Shown here piece after piece: positions 1 to 10,501 of a stretch of DNA of 64,000 nt; the stretch's first letter is position 1; the number at the start of each line of letters is the position of its first letter. The translations under genes were made by a program, and so were the position numbers. The stretch lies in IMG/VR virus record IMGVR_UViG_3300042463_000890, positions 22,649-86,648 of that record; one strand, written 5' to 3'. Under the pieces are notes generated by a model, which worked only from the letters and a program-made list of their open reading frames with translations, ran no database searches and was not told where the DNA came from. Origin of the DNA: a virus.

Positions 1-1408
1 GCTGAGAAGGTTCTTTTTTACCTTTAACAACAGTATAAGTTTGTTTTATGTCAATATCAGAAAAATTAATCTCCTTTGGAAAAATGTCGTATGATATAGG
101 AGTAAATGGAATTGATATTTGTTTTGTTTTTCCGTTAATCGTATATTTCCCTTCCTTACCTACCGTAGGATTTTCCTCAAGTATCTTTTTATATTTTTCG
201 ATTATTTTTTTTAATTCAGGAATTGCAACTTCTTCTTGTTTTTGTTTTGATTTAAATTCTTCTTTAAAAGGATAAACTGTTGTTTTATTTTTATCGTTTA
301 AAACAAATACATTTTTTTTATCCAAATATTTATCAATCCAAGACGAACCCGCAGCGTAGTATACTTCCTTACCAAAATTATTTAATGATTTTTGGTAATC
401 TTCACAATAAGTTAAAGGGTCTAAATTTTCTTTTGTAAAAGAATCTAATACATTTTTGACAAAATTTTCAATTCTGTCTTTCATTTGTATAACCGTAATT
501 TCAGGAAAATCCTCAGGAATTAATCCTTTGGACTTATATTCGCTATACATTTCCTTAACTTTTTGATACCCTCTTTCAACAATCGCATCATCAACAGGTG
601 AAAACTGAGAAGCGTTACCTTGTAATGTTTGTATTTTAACTCTTGATTTATACATGTGAGGAGTTGCTAACAAATATCCCATACTAATTTCTTTGAGTAC
701 TGTATATTTGTAAGTGTAAAACTCTAATGTTATATCAAAATTTCCTGAATATGAGTTATAGGAAGAGGTAAAACTATTTAACATCAATGCCAACCTAACG
801 GCTTTACCATAAAATCCTTTAATAGTTAGATAAAAGGTTGGGTATGGTAAATTAAAAAAGGCCGCGTATGGAGAATTATCCGCCCCTTCAAATAAGGCTC
901 TACCTTTAATATCGACAAGTCTCACAGTAATTTTAGGGGTGAATGCCGTATTTGTTTTAATTGAGATGTTCATTATCCCTAACAACCCATTGTCAACCGC
1001 ACCAGGTTTTCCACCTGAAGTTATAGTCTGTCTGATAAAAAAGTCGTCATCTTTTTTGGGGTTAGATATTGAGGTGGATTTAGGTTGATTAACTCCCTCT
1101 CCTTTAAGAGTATCTTTACCTGTTATTTCATCAGTGTAACTATTATCTAAAAATGTTTTACCTCCAGGTTTTAAAAAGTTAATTGACGCAACCGATACTG
1201 TTTGTATCGCGTCTCTATTATCAACTCCAACCGCTAATTTTGTTCTTGGTAAAACCTTACATTCCAAATTAGCATACATAACCAAATCTTCATGTCTAAC
1301 AAGGCGTTCTTTAGCCGCCCCGTTTTCGTCAATTACTTTGTTCGGGTCTATTACAATAATGTTATTGTAATCAAATTCTACTAAAATATTTTCTTGGTTA
1401 TCTGCCAT
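1..1408 (-). CDS. Large virion/baseplate hub-like protein (partial, runs off window start)
   Basis: ATG at 1408 (MADNQENILVEFDYNNIIVIDPNKV...). Reads as coding in the segments translated towards position 1. Missing from the ORF track, presumably because its stop is outside the window. Overlaps the end of the LysM-like baseplate gene. Confidence 0.7.
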   Translation of the reverse strand, partial: MADNQENILVEFDYNNIIVIDPNKVIDENGAAKERLVRHEDLVMYANLECKVLPRTKLAVGVDNRDAIQTVSVASINFLKPGGKTFLDNSYTDEITGKDTLKGEGVNQPKSTSISNPKKDDDFFIRQTITSGGKPGAVDNGLLGIMNISIKTNTAFTPKITVRLVDIKGRALFEGADNSPYAAFFNLPYPTFYLTIKGFYGKAVRLALMLNSFTSSYNSYSGNFDITLEFYTYKYTVLKEISMGYLLATPHMYKSRVKIQTLQGNASQFSPVDDAIVERGYQKVKEMYSEYKSKGLIPEDFPEITVIQMKDRIENFVKNVLDSFTKENLDPLTYCEDYQKSLNNFGKEVYYAAGSSWIDKYLDKKNVFVLNDKNKTTVYPFKEEFKSKQKQEEVAIPELKKIIEKYKKILEENPTVGKEGKYTINGKTKQISIPFTPISYDIFPKEINFSDIDIKQTYTVVKGKKEPSQ

Positions 1409-1721
1409 AATAGAAGAAGTGGTTCTCTAATTCGTTTTTATAGTCTTGTAATGAAGCTACTAAAGGAAATGGAATTGTCAATATTGCACCATCAGGAATG
1501 TTCCATTCTTGTCCACCATAATTAGAATTCGCCACTAAAATTAACCATCCAAACACGGGAGTATCATAATATTGTTGCGACACTTTATCTAATCTTGATT
1601 GTCCAACTTTATAAATAAATCTCTTATCAGTTGTTTTAGATGGTAAATTAATATAAGGAACAACAGTTTGTTGTCCATTTATTACGAAATCGGTATATCT
1701 ATTATAAGTTTGTCTTGCCAT
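1398..1721 (-). CDS. LysM-like baseplate wedge protein (T4 gp53 / P2 gpX-like)
   Basis: RLDKVSQQYYDTPVFGWLILVAN...IPDGAILTIP pattern; position in the tail module. Confidence 0.7.
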   Translation of the reverse strand: MARQTYNRYTDFVINGQQTVVPYINLPSKTTDKRFIYKVGQSRLDKVSQQYYDTPVFGWLILVANSNYGGQEWNIPDGAILTIPFPLVASLQDYKNELENHFFYYGR

Positions 1722-1723
1722 TG

Positions 1724-4700
1724 TTAATCAAATTTAATTTTACCATCAAATGTTGATTTATTTGTATCAACATTAACCGTTTTATATAAATCAGAAATTA
1801 ATTTCTTTTTATCATCATCAGTTGGTTGTGGTTCTGTACTATATTCAAATTTTCTAGCCTTTCCTTTAGGATACATTAATTCATCTAATCCTTCAGTAAG
1901 TTTTTTGAATTGTGTTTCTTTTTTAAGTTTTTCAAATAATTTTTCTTCTTCTTTAATTTCTTTTTCATAAGTTTTACCTAAATCGTCAACAATTTTTTCA
2001 AATTTATTCATTAATTTTACAGGGTTTTTCCAATCAACTAAATCACCTTTTATAACATAATTAATAAATTCATTTTTTTTGTTTTTGTCAGATAAAATTC
2101 TTGCCATAAACAAATAGAAAGTTTTATCAGGAAGTGATGAAATGTCATCTTTAAATGTTATAAAATCACCAGAATTGTATGTATCGCTACCAAAGGCGAT
2201 GTGATAAGGAAAGTCCCCAATTAATTTGTTAAATCCTCCAGTCCCAACAGTGACATTTTCTAATGTTCTAAAATCATAAATCAATTCTTCATAAGTATCA
2301 TTAGGAATACTTGCACTTTGTTTACTTGAATCGCTAACTTCTGTAGTTCCTGACAGGTTATAAATTCTAGGAAGATTAGTTTCTAATAATTTACCATCAG
2401 TTTTTTGAGCTACAACATTTATTTTTCTTATTATCTGTACATAATTTTGTTCTTCAACAACAATTTCTTGGACTGTTGTTGCGACACCGTTCTTATATGT
2501 AGTCGCTAAATTTTCCAAATAAGCTTTGATATTGTTTTTAACATCTCTTATTGGTTTACTGTCATCATCTATGTTAAAAAAACTTCCTAATTTTTTTATA
2601 ATAGGGTTATTGTTTGCATCAATATCATCCAAGGCAAAGGCTAATCGGTTATCAATTTCTTTTTCCCATTCTTTAGGCTTACCATAAATTTCAATTAATA
2701 CTCCTTGTCCTGGAATAGTATCTCCTGTAACAACTGTACCGCCACTAAAATCTCTAACACTATTTAATAGTTGTACAAGACCATAGTTGTATGATGAATT
2801 AATACTTTCTAATTTGTTAGTAATAAGTTCAAAATAACTTTTCGTACCATCAATTAAATTATCCATTATTTTTTGGTAACCTATTTCACCTGTTTGTCCA
2901 CTTGGTGTTGGTATGTTTGTGACAATCTCTCCTATCGTTGACCCTCCGTCATTAGTTGATGTTGTATCCACGTTATTTTGAGTTGCGGGAGTTTGACTTG
3001 CTAATATTGCGTCAACAATTTGTTTATCTAATGCGGAAGTGTCTTCAGTCCAAACCGCTCTTTCATCATATATTTCAGTGTTACCATAATAATTAAATGA
3101 TAACGCATTTTGTAATTGTTCTACAGGTCTTGCAAGTCCATGACCTCCGATAAAATCAAAACCCAGTGTAACATTCGCAATCATTGGTTGGATACCAATC
3201 CCTTCAGGATTTATATCAAAAACTAAAGGTTCATAAGTAAATGAAACAGTTTTAGGCACTATTTTAGTATGGTAGAAATCTCCAATTCTTAATACCAAAA
3301 TAGGTGGAGCACCAAATGATGTATTAACCGCGTCGTTAAATTTAGGTTTACCATCAGTACCAATTGTTGGTATTGTTTCACCAGGTCTTACACATTGATT
3401 TAAAAAAGTAAGTCTTGCGTTTAATCCTTCGGGTGTCATGGAATGGAAGACAGGATTAAAATATTTAATTTTCTCCTTTATCGTATCCAAAACCATTGGA
3501 TTTGATTCTTTAATTACTTCAAAATAATCACACTCAGAAAATAAATTTCTTAATATTTTTTTACTAATACCTTCTTTAATTTTTTTAATATAATCAACAG
3601 TTGGTTGTGGTTTTGGAACTGGTACATTTTGTTCAGGATTAGGTTGTGGTAATACTGTAGTTGTTGTAGTTGTTGGTTGTGGAGGTAATTCAACTTTGAT
3701 ATCTTTAATTCTAACTCTTCTACAAGCCATTGCGTTAACTGAGTAGATTTGAGAGTTTGAATTCACAGTCCCTGTTCCACCTGTAATATTTTTAGTACAA
3801 TTTACATCAAAGAAACTCTCACCACTTTCAGATTTAGGAATTGAAATCTCTTCGCCTTTTGCGTCAGTTAAAACTACTTTAAATTTTTGGCTATCGATAT
3901 ATTCCGCCAAATTAGCGTCACCAATCTTATATTCCTTAAAAAATTTGATAACTGAATCGTTTCTTCTTTTAGATAAATTTTGGTTATAACTAACTGAAGC
4001 GGGTGCGGACGCGGAACCTATCATAGATAATGTTATTGTTCCTCCTTGTTTTAATATATTGAATGCTTCAACTACAAAGTTTTTATCATCTTTAGCAATC
4101 TTATTATAGTTAGATACGACTACAGAGTCGAAAAACTCTCCAACTTTTTTAGCTCTACTGCAATATTCCGAATACGTTACCGATTCTCCAGGTACTGTTC
4201 CTGTTTTTTTACAAAATGAAGAATCCTCACTAAATGTTGAATTAGCTCTATCAATATATGTTGGTTTTAATCCGATGTATGAATCAAAGGTTTGATTATA
4301 TGGAACTGAAGAAGTTGTTGAATTACTATTTGGGTCGGGAATATCATTATGGAAATAAAATGACAATCCTTCGTAAGTAGACTTAAAACTAGCCGCATCA
4401 ACATTATCATTTGGTGCGGTATTATTATTAGTGTTCTGAGTTCCTGTAGTATTAATTGGGTCGTTATCTTTAGGTATCGATTTATTAATACCCGCAAGTT
4501 CTTCATCCGTCAATCTTGGATTATTTAAAATTTCCTGATATGTGAACAAATCTTTTACAGGTATAGTATTAAACTTTTTAGCTAATTCATAAATGTCATA
4601 TTTAACACATCCCGCAAAAAATGAATCTATAATTGAATTAATTCTTTCTTTTGCCTGACCTTTTAATTGTTTTTCAATTAAAGTATTCATTACTGAAGGG

Positions 4701-6811
4701 TGGTCAACAATTATCTTCCAACTTATACTACCAGTTCTTGTTGAATCTTTATAAGTATAAATTGGTTCAGGTCTACCTAAGAAACTTGTTTGTGACCAAT
4801 TGGCTTGGCTTGTGTCGTTAAATTTTAAATCATATGGCGGAAACCACATAACTCTACCTCCATTAGGACCTTTTTCACAAGTAGGTAATTCATCGTAAGT
4901 AAATCCAGGTCTGCTTGATGTCCTCCAAGCTAAGTTCTCGATTGAGAACATGTATTTTTTTGCATATCCTCCTCGTCCAACATCATTATCAGGAATGATA
5001 TTAGTTGAACCAGGGTTTCTAAGTGGTGCGATGTTTAAATTATATGTATTATCAAATACTGAGTTTGTAAACCTTCTTCCTGAAGTTGTAATACCATCTG
5101 TTTTTTGTAAATCTGCGTAAGTATAATAAGGAGTATCTTTTTGGAATACTCTACAATACTCAATACCTGCTTCGCCACCTGTTGTATTATCAGTATAAGA
5201 AACCACTTGAGAACCTTTGGTCATTTCTTTGTACCCATCGTTAAAGACTTTACTAACTTGATTAATCGCATTACCAACATGTTTTAATCTCGCAATTCCT
5301 GAAACATTATCTGCGGAATCAATAAGTCTTTGAGTTTGGTCTAATATTGAACTTTGTTTAAAAGTAATATTTGTTGATTCATTACTTAAATAACTTGAAC
5401 TTATTATATTAAATTCTTCATCTAAAGAACCTGAGCCTCCGCCAGGTGTTGATTTAAACCCTGCGTTTCCTTTATATTTTGGTGAAGTCCACACGAATTG
5501 ACCGTCAATACCTCCTCCATCAGTATAAGACTTCCCTTTTAAACCAAAATTAATTTTTTCGTCATTACCTTCAAATAAAATACCCAATTCAGAAGGTCCG
5601 TATACAGGGACTTGGTCTTGTTGTCCAAATGGATTAACAGGAATTTGATTTGGTGGTGATGTAATTGTGGATGGTTCGGCATTTCTACTACCAACATAAT
5701 ATCCGCCAATTAGAGTTCCGTTGTCAGGATTAATAAGGTTAACTGCTAAATTAATTAACCCTTGAGCAACTCCTAATAATCCACCAAAATTTTTGTCGTA
5801 CCCTGGTTGATATCTATTATAATTAATGTTTGCAAATAATGCAGACCTTTGTCCGTTACCTGTGTTAGCTAAAAATATTTGTGAAGGATTTCTTTTAATA
5901 TTTAAAATAGGTCCTAAAAAACCACCTGTTAATTGATTAATAACATTAAGAGCGGTTGATGTTTGTTGAGTTTGAGCTCCATTAGCAGTGTTTTCATCAA
6001 AATAATCACCAGGGATTGGTGATACAGGCCAATAAGCTCCACCTAATCTTGTTAAAAAATCAGCGGCTGCTAATAATGGATTTTCAGGTACTGTTATCCT
6101 CCAATTTTTATATACTAATGGTTCTTGTCCTGTAACAATTAAACTAGCCTCAAAAGGGTCTGAAAGTGACTCTAAATTTACAAGACCAACTGTATTTTGG
6201 TAAATTTCAGCGTCAATTCTATCTTGGAAAAGTTTCTTTAAAGTTTGTGCACCTAATCTGGCCAAATAAGAATCTTGAGACAATGTACCATCAGAACCTG
6301 TCGGATTATCAGATAATAAAATTTCATATGGTGAATATGATGAGGGTCTAAAAGTTGGTGGTTCCCAATAAGGTAGGTATATTTTATTGTTATTTTGAAT
6401 ACTGTCAATAACAACCATCTGATTGAATCCTCCTTCAGGCCCGTATATATTTTCGATATATGCAGCATCGATGTAAAATTCATTTACAATGTCTAAAATT
6501 GTATCATTTGGGTCGTACTCACCTTTGTTAGGTTCAACAGGTAATGGTGGTCCGTTATACGTTATTTCGGTATTAAACCCTCCTTCAGGTCCGTATTCGT
6601 TTAACGGATATAACTGTTGAGCAAAAACTCCATCACTAATTAATTCATCAGGAGAATCTATTACAGGACTTACTGTTAAATTTGTTTCATAGTTTACCGC
6701 TCCCGTAGGTGGTGAGAATACACCATTAACGGAATAGGGTGGCAAGTTTTTATTAATTAAAGAATTTCTAAAACTTGATGAATTTATAAATGATAATGAA
6801 CTTTCTGACAT
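1724..6811 (-). CDS. Large baseplate/tail-tube initiator-like protein with an internal OmpA-like peptidoglycan-binding domain
   Basis: Tube-like segments (ANWSQTSFLGRPEPIYTY; PPILVLRIGDFYHTKIV) flank YFHND...IGSASAPASVSYNQNLSKRRNDSV...RRVRI; directly downstream of the tape measure. Confidence 0.6.
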   Translation of the reverse strand: MSESSLSFINSSSFRNSLINKNLPPYSVNGVFSPPTGAVNYETNLTVSPVIDSPDELISDGVFAQQLYPLNEYGPEGGFNTEITYNGPPLPVEPNKGEYDPNDTILDIVNEFYIDAAYIENIYGPEGGFNQMVVIDSIQNNNKIYLPYWEPPTFRPSSYSPYEILLSDNPTGSDGTLSQDSYLARLGAQTLKKLFQDRIDAEIYQNTVGLVNLESLSDPFEASLIVTGQEPLVYKNWRITVPENPLLAAADFLTRLGGAYWPVSPIPGDYFDENTANGAQTQQTSTALNVINQLTGGFLGPILNIKRNPSQIFLANTGNGQRSALFANINYNRYQPGYDKNFGGLLGVAQGLINLAVNLINPDNGTLIGGYYVGSRNAEPSTITSPPNQIPVNPFGQQDQVPVYGPSELGILFEGNDEKINFGLKGKSYTDGGGIDGQFVWTSPKYKGNAGFKSTPGGGSGSLDEEFNIISSSYLSNESTNITFKQSSILDQTQRLIDSADNVSGIARLKHVGNAINQVSKVFNDGYKEMTKGSQVVSYTDNTTGGEAGIEYCRVFQKDTPYYTYADLQKTDGITTSGRRFTNSVFDNTYNLNIAPLRNPGSTNIIPDNDVGRGGYAKKYMFSIENLAWRTSSRPGFTYDELPTCEKGPNGGRVMWFPPYDLKFNDTSQANWSQTSFLGRPEPIYTYKDSTRTGSISWKIIVDHPSVMNTLIEKQLKGQAKERINSIIDSFFAGCVKYDIYELAKKFNTIPVKDLFTYQEILNNPRLTDEELAGINKSIPKDNDPINTTGTQNTNNNTAPNDNVDAASFKSTYEGLSFYFHNDIPDPNSNSTTSSVPYNQTFDSYIGLKPTYIDRANSTFSEDSSFCKKTGTVPGESVTYSEYCSRAKKVGEFFDSVVVSNYNKIAKDDKNFVVEAFNILKQGGTITLSMIGSASAPASVSYNQNLSKRRNDSVIKFFKEYKIGDANLAEYIDSQKFKVVLTDAKGEEISIPKSESGESFFDVNCTKNITGGTGTVNSNSQIYSVNAMACRRVRIKDIKVELPPQPTTTTTTVLPQPNPEQNVPVPKPQPTVDYIKKIKEGISKKILRNLFSECDYFEVIKESNPMVLDTIKEKIKYFNPVFHSMTPEGLNARLTFLNQCVRPGETIPTIGTDGKPKFNDAVNTSFGAPPILVLRIGDFYHTKIVPKTVSFTYEPLVFDINPEGIGIQPMIANVTLGFDFIGGHGLARPVEQLQNALSFNYYGNTEIYDERAVWTEDTSALDKQIVDAILASQTPATQNNVDTTSTNDGGSTIGEIVTNIPTPSGQTGEIGYQKIMDNLIDGTKSYFELITNKLESINSSYNYGLVQLLNSVRDFSGGTVVTGDTIPGQGVLIEIYGKPKEWEKEIDNRLAFALDDIDANNNPIIKKLGSFFNIDDDSKPIRDVKNNIKAYLENLATTYKNGVATTVQEIVVEEQNYVQIIRKINVVAQKTDGKLLETNLPRIYNLSGTTEVSDSSKQSASIPNDTYEELIYDFRTLENVTVGTGGFNKLIGDFPYHIAFGSDTYNSGDFITFKDDISSLPDKTFYLFMARILSDKNKKNEFINYVIKGDLVDWKNPVKLMNKFEKIVDDLGKTYEKEIKEEEKLFEKLKKETQFKKLTEGLDELMYPKGKARKFEYSTEPQPTDDDKKKLISDLYKTVNVDTNKSTFDGKIKFD

Positions 6812-6837
6812 TTATTTCATTTTATTATAAATAGTAA

Positions 6838-8733
6838 TTAACCAAAATTATAAGAGTTTAATTCACCACTTTTTATTTGTTGATTTAATTGGTTAGGATT
6901 AGAATTAGGGTTCATACCTGTAATAACCGCTTGAACAATTTGTTGTTTAACCGATAAGTCATTTAATGCCATTGATAATGAATTAGTATCAATTCCTTGA
7001 GATGTAACATTTACTGTTATGTTTCCATCAACAGAAATTTTTTGATTAGATTCAGTCGGGGGTGTGTTAGTATTATTACCTAAATTTGTACCTCCAACAA
7101 TCGCATTGTTATAAATTCTTAATTGGTCTTGTTCAAATGGTATTACAAAATCTTTAACTTCAGTTGTTTTAGGGGGTATTAATTTTTCTTTTTCACCAAC
7201 ATAAGTTGCGGTTTTTTCGGCTAGTCCTGTAAATAATTGTGTTAATGGATTAGTTGATTTGGTTAAATCGTCAATTGCGGTCTTACTATTCTTTAAAGCC
7301 TCGTCAAACGCTCCTTGAATATAGGTACTAGTACTCGTCAATGCGGTTGTAAATCCTCCTAAGGCGTCTCCCTTATTTATACTATCAAGTAAATTACTTA
7401 GTCCACTACCTAAAGCTTCTCTTAACGTATCAATTTGTAATTTTTCACCACTCGCCGCTTTACCCAAAACATTATATCCCTCTACTGTTGCCTGTCTACC
7501 CTGCTCAACAATCCTTGTACCCGCCAAAGCAGTTCCTGTTCTGTTCTTCATAGACTCCAATATACCAGCAATTCTTTCACTAGTTTTTAATTGTTCTTTC
7601 GCCAAATCTTCCATACTTTTTTCAGTATCAGAAGCTTTACCTAATTGTTCAATATCTTCTTTACTTAATTCTGTAATCGCCTTTGTTTGAGTTTTACCTT
7701 CTTTATCTTCAAATGTAACTTGATATTGTCCTCCCTCTCCCATTTCAGCGAGATTAGCAATCATTTTTTGTTGTTCTTCAGTTGCAAAATCAGGGAAACT
7801 AATTTTACTTAATTTGTCATCTAATTCTGCACTACCTAACGCCATTTTAGTCAATTCATCTGCGGTCATGCCAACAAGTGGAGCGATTTCTCTTAATTGT
7901 CGTCTAGCTCCTGGCATTATTTCAAATTGACCTTTTTCATTTAATTGGACAAATTGTTTTGACATTTCAGCAATTTGATTTTGTAATTCAGCAGGGTCAT
8001 TTTGAGCCAAATCCATTAATCTTAATGGGTCTAACAAATCACTTTGGGTAACTCCTAACCTTTGTAACCCTGCCGCCATATCAATCGCTTTCTCGGGACT
8101 AAATAAACTATCCGCGAGAGTAAGGGTTTTATTCATGTCTATTCTCAAGGCGGTAGCTTGAGCAGCCATTTTTGCAAGTCCCTGAACACCATTTTCAAAT
8201 CCAAACTTATTTAAAGCGGACATATTTTCTAAAACTTTGTCTGAAACCGCAACCGCACTAACACCTTGTTGTCTAGCAACATCAACTACGCTTTTCATTT
8301 CTTTATTAATATGTGAAATAGAAAATCCTGCGTCTTTGAACCCTTTAACTAATTCTGCGGTTGATTGTTCTGTTACTTTAGTAACCGCATATATTTCTTC
8401 AATTGTTTTACCTTGTGTTATGACATTTCTTCCAAGTTCCTTTGCTACGTTAAACATGATGTCTGAAATTTCTTTCATACCACCACCCATCTCTTTTACT
8501 TTGATGGCTGCATCCCCCATTGCTGCCTGCATTGCAACAACATTTTCTCTACCTTGTCCAAATTGGTGGGCAATACTAGTCGCATACCCTTCCATTTCCT
8601 CCATGGTTTTGATTATTTCGGAACCTTCAAAATTGGTCATGATAGCATCCCCAATATCTTTACCCAAACTTTTAAGATAATCCCCAAAACCTTGGATTGG
8701 GTTTGTTGTTCCTGTAGATGAACCTGCTTGCAT
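6838..8733 (-). CDS. Tape measure protein
   Basis: 631 aa, helical Ala/Gln/Met/Lys-rich; follows the tube and chaperone genes. Confidence 0.7.
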   Translation of the reverse strand: MQAGSSTGTTNPIQGFGDYLKSLGKDIGDAIMTNFEGSEIIKTMEEMEGYATSIAHQFGQGRENVVAMQAAMGDAAIKVKEMGGGMKEISDIMFNVAKELGRNVITQGKTIEEIYAVTKVTEQSTAELVKGFKDAGFSISHINKEMKSVVDVARQQGVSAVAVSDKVLENMSALNKFGFENGVQGLAKMAAQATALRIDMNKTLTLADSLFSPEKAIDMAAGLQRLGVTQSDLLDPLRLMDLAQNDPAELQNQIAEMSKQFVQLNEKGQFEIMPGARRQLREIAPLVGMTADELTKMALGSAELDDKLSKISFPDFATEEQQKMIANLAEMGEGGQYQVTFEDKEGKTQTKAITELSKEDIEQLGKASDTEKSMEDLAKEQLKTSERIAGILESMKNRTGTALAGTRIVEQGRQATVEGYNVLGKAASGEKLQIDTLREALGSGLSNLLDSINKGDALGGFTTALTSTSTYIQGAFDEALKNSKTAIDDLTKSTNPLTQLFTGLAEKTATYVGEKEKLIPPKTTEVKDFVIPFEQDQLRIYNNAIVGGTNLGNNTNTPPTESNQKISVDGNITVNVTSQGIDTNSLSMALNDLSVKQQIVQAVITGMNPNSNPNQLNQQIKSGELNSYNFG

Positions 8734-8766
8734 ACTTTTTAAGTTTTAATATAAATAGGTTCCGAT

Positions 8767-8922
8767 TTAATTTTTTGGAGTATTTTCTTCTATGATTTTG
8801 TTGATTAGAAATTTTCGAGCGTATGTGGGGATATTAAGAAATTCATAATATGAAGTTCTTAATATTTTAGCCATAACATAGAATTCTTCAAGTAGGAATA
8901 GTCTGTAATCAGAAGAAAGGGC
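8767..8922 (-). CDS. gp51/gpT-like tail assembly chaperone segment (+1 frame extension of the upstream gene, or a 35-aa ORF from ATG 8874)
   Basis: Open frame ALSSDYRLFLLEEFYVMAKILRTSYYEFLNIPTYARKFLINKIIEENTPKN*, with the S..E...P..R......IEEN pattern of gp51-like proteins; not in the ORF track. Confidence 0.65.
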   Translation of the reverse strand, partial: ALSSDYRLFLLEEFYVMAKILRTSYYEFLNIPTYARKFLINKIIEENTPKN

Positions 8923-9673
8923 GAAAAAATTCAGCCCCAAAGGTAATCTCGAAAGATACCAATTCTCCTGACGGGGCTATAACTTGTCTTCTTAAGTCTA
9001 AAGAGATTTGATTTTCTCTCATAAAATTTCGAATGTGTTTAGAATCCATAATTGGTAACGATGCAACAAATTGAGCGATATGTCCTCTATCTGAATTACC
9101 GTCAACTTCTTGGATTTGTCTTTCTAATCTCCATGTTATTTTTGGAGCAACTCTACCAACGGGATATTGTTCTACCATTTTTTCAATATCCATAATTTCA
9201 CCATAAGTTAATGGTTTCAATTTAACTGTTGAGCCACTTCTTGGTAGTTTAGTAGTAAATAATCCGTTCTCATCAGGTGCGTTTGGAATACGTTTAATAT
9301 TTAACTCATCCAAAAGGATTTCGGTATCAAACGGTTTACCTGTTTTTGGGTCGGTAACTGATATTTTATATTCAGGCCCAAATGAAGTATTTCGTAAAAA
9401 TATGAGAATCGCTTCAATATCCCCTTCAAGCATTTCATCAGGTCTGATGTCGTGTTCGTATATTTTGTTTCTTAATAATGATAGTACTATATTTGTAGAT
9501 GAGCCAGGTTGTGACGCAACTGATACTAAAAAGTTTTCATCATTAGCGGTTAAATAACCAACTTTAACTGATTTCTTTTTTGATTTATAAAAAATACCCC
9601 CTGTTGGTAATTGTACCACATCATGTGGTAAATTAAAATTTTCTTGTCCTACGGTATATGCGTTTTGTTCCAT
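8909..9673 (-). CDS. Baseplate hub/tail assembly chaperone (T4 gp26-like)
   Basis: VQLPTGGIFY...LTANDENFL...GDIEAILIFLRNTSFGPEY...FGAEFFRP; between tube and tape measure. Confidence 0.75.
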   Translation of the reverse strand: MEQNAYTVGQENFNLPHDVVQLPTGGIFYKSKKKSVKVGYLTANDENFLVSVASQPGSSTNIVLSLLRNKIYEHDIRPDEMLEGDIEAILIFLRNTSFGPEYKISVTDPKTGKPFDTEILLDELNIKRIPNAPDENGLFTTKLPRSGSTVKLKPLTYGEIMDIEKMVEQYPVGRVAPKITWRLERQIQEVDGNSDRGHIAQFVASLPIMDSKHIRNFMRENQISLDLRRQVIAPSGELVSFEITFGAEFFRPFF

Positions 9674-9709
9674 GTTTTTCTTTTAAAAATAATTTGACTA
9701 TTATAAAAA

Positions 9710-9838
9710 TCAATCTTTCTTTTTAGAATCTGATTGTTTATTATTTTTTTTCTTTTTTTTATGTCTATTGTCAAACTCTTCTTTAGTTTCAAATATTTTA
9801 CCACAAGTTTGACATGTATATCCTGTTAAGTTTTCCAT
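9710..9838 (-). CDS. 42-aa C2H2-like zinc-finger mini-protein with a Lys-rich tail
   Basis: MENLTGYTCQTCGKIFETKEEFDNRHKKKKKNNKQSDSKKKD*; fills the intergenic gap; below the ORF-track cutoff. Confidence 0.55.
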   Translation of the reverse strand: MENLTGYTCQTCGKIFETKEEFDNRHKKKKKNNKQSDSKKKD

Positions 9839-9849
9839 AATTATATAAT

Positions 9850-9881
9850 AAAAAAAGTTCCACGTTTGTACATGGAACTTT
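9850..9881 (-). terminator. Rho-independent terminator after the tail tube gene
   Basis: Minus strand AAAGTTCCATG-TACAAA-CGTGGAACTTT followed by a T run. Confidence 0.75.
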
Positions 9882-9904
9882 AAATTTTATGTTAATTCTA
9901 AATT

Positions 9905-10393
9905 TTAGTATACTAATACACAACGGTCCATCTGAAGTGTTGCAGAAATTGTTGCAATACCATCGGTTGAATATCCTAAAGAGTCAAAGTTAACTGAAGT
10001 TAAAAATGTCCCTTCAATAATCCATTTTTCAACAACAACACCTGTTGGGTCTAACATTTCAAGGTCCACATTCTTTTTATAACCCGCAGCGTAACCCATA
10101 CGACCTGTTACAGATTCCGCACATAAACGAACCCACTCCATAAGAGCTTGTGATGCTGAAGGACCAATAGGGTCACGGAATTTAACGTTAATAGGATTCC
10201 ATTTAAATCTACCAGCAACATATGTCGAGGTATTTAAAAACGGTATCTCTGTAGCGTTAACTGTGATTGACGGTCTAGCGGCGGTTTCTACAAACCATTC
10301 ATTGATACCCAATGTAGATGGAAATCTCATGATGAACCTGTTCTGTCTTTTAGGTTCATAAGGTATCGGCATTTTCATTAATAAATCAGCCAT
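9905..10393 (-). CDS. Tail tube protein (T4 gp19-like)
   Basis: YEPKRQNRF...RPSI...YVAGRFKWNPINVKFRDPI...YKKNVDLEMLDPTGVVVEKW. Confidence 0.9.
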   Translation of the reverse strand: MADLLMKMPIPYEPKRQNRFIMRFPSTLGINEWFVETAARPSITVNATEIPFLNTSTYVAGRFKWNPINVKFRDPIGPSASQALMEWVRLCAESVTGRMGYAAGYKKNVDLEMLDPTGVVVEKWIIEGTFLTSVNFDSLGYSTDGIATISATLQMDRCVLVY

Positions 10394-10501
10394 TTTGTTG
10401 TATTTTTTTTTCTTCTTTTATTTTATTATAAATATCCCCAAGTAAAATTTTTCTCTTTACTTTTGGTTTTTTAATTTTAATCTTCCATTATAAGTATCTA
10501 G

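Noticed and set aside
48-275. Short track ORFs antisense to or nested in long genes (also 4267, 8237, 20776, 25209, 38469, 56595, 59550 and others)
   Set aside because: They overlap well-supported genes and show no recognisable motifs or expression signals
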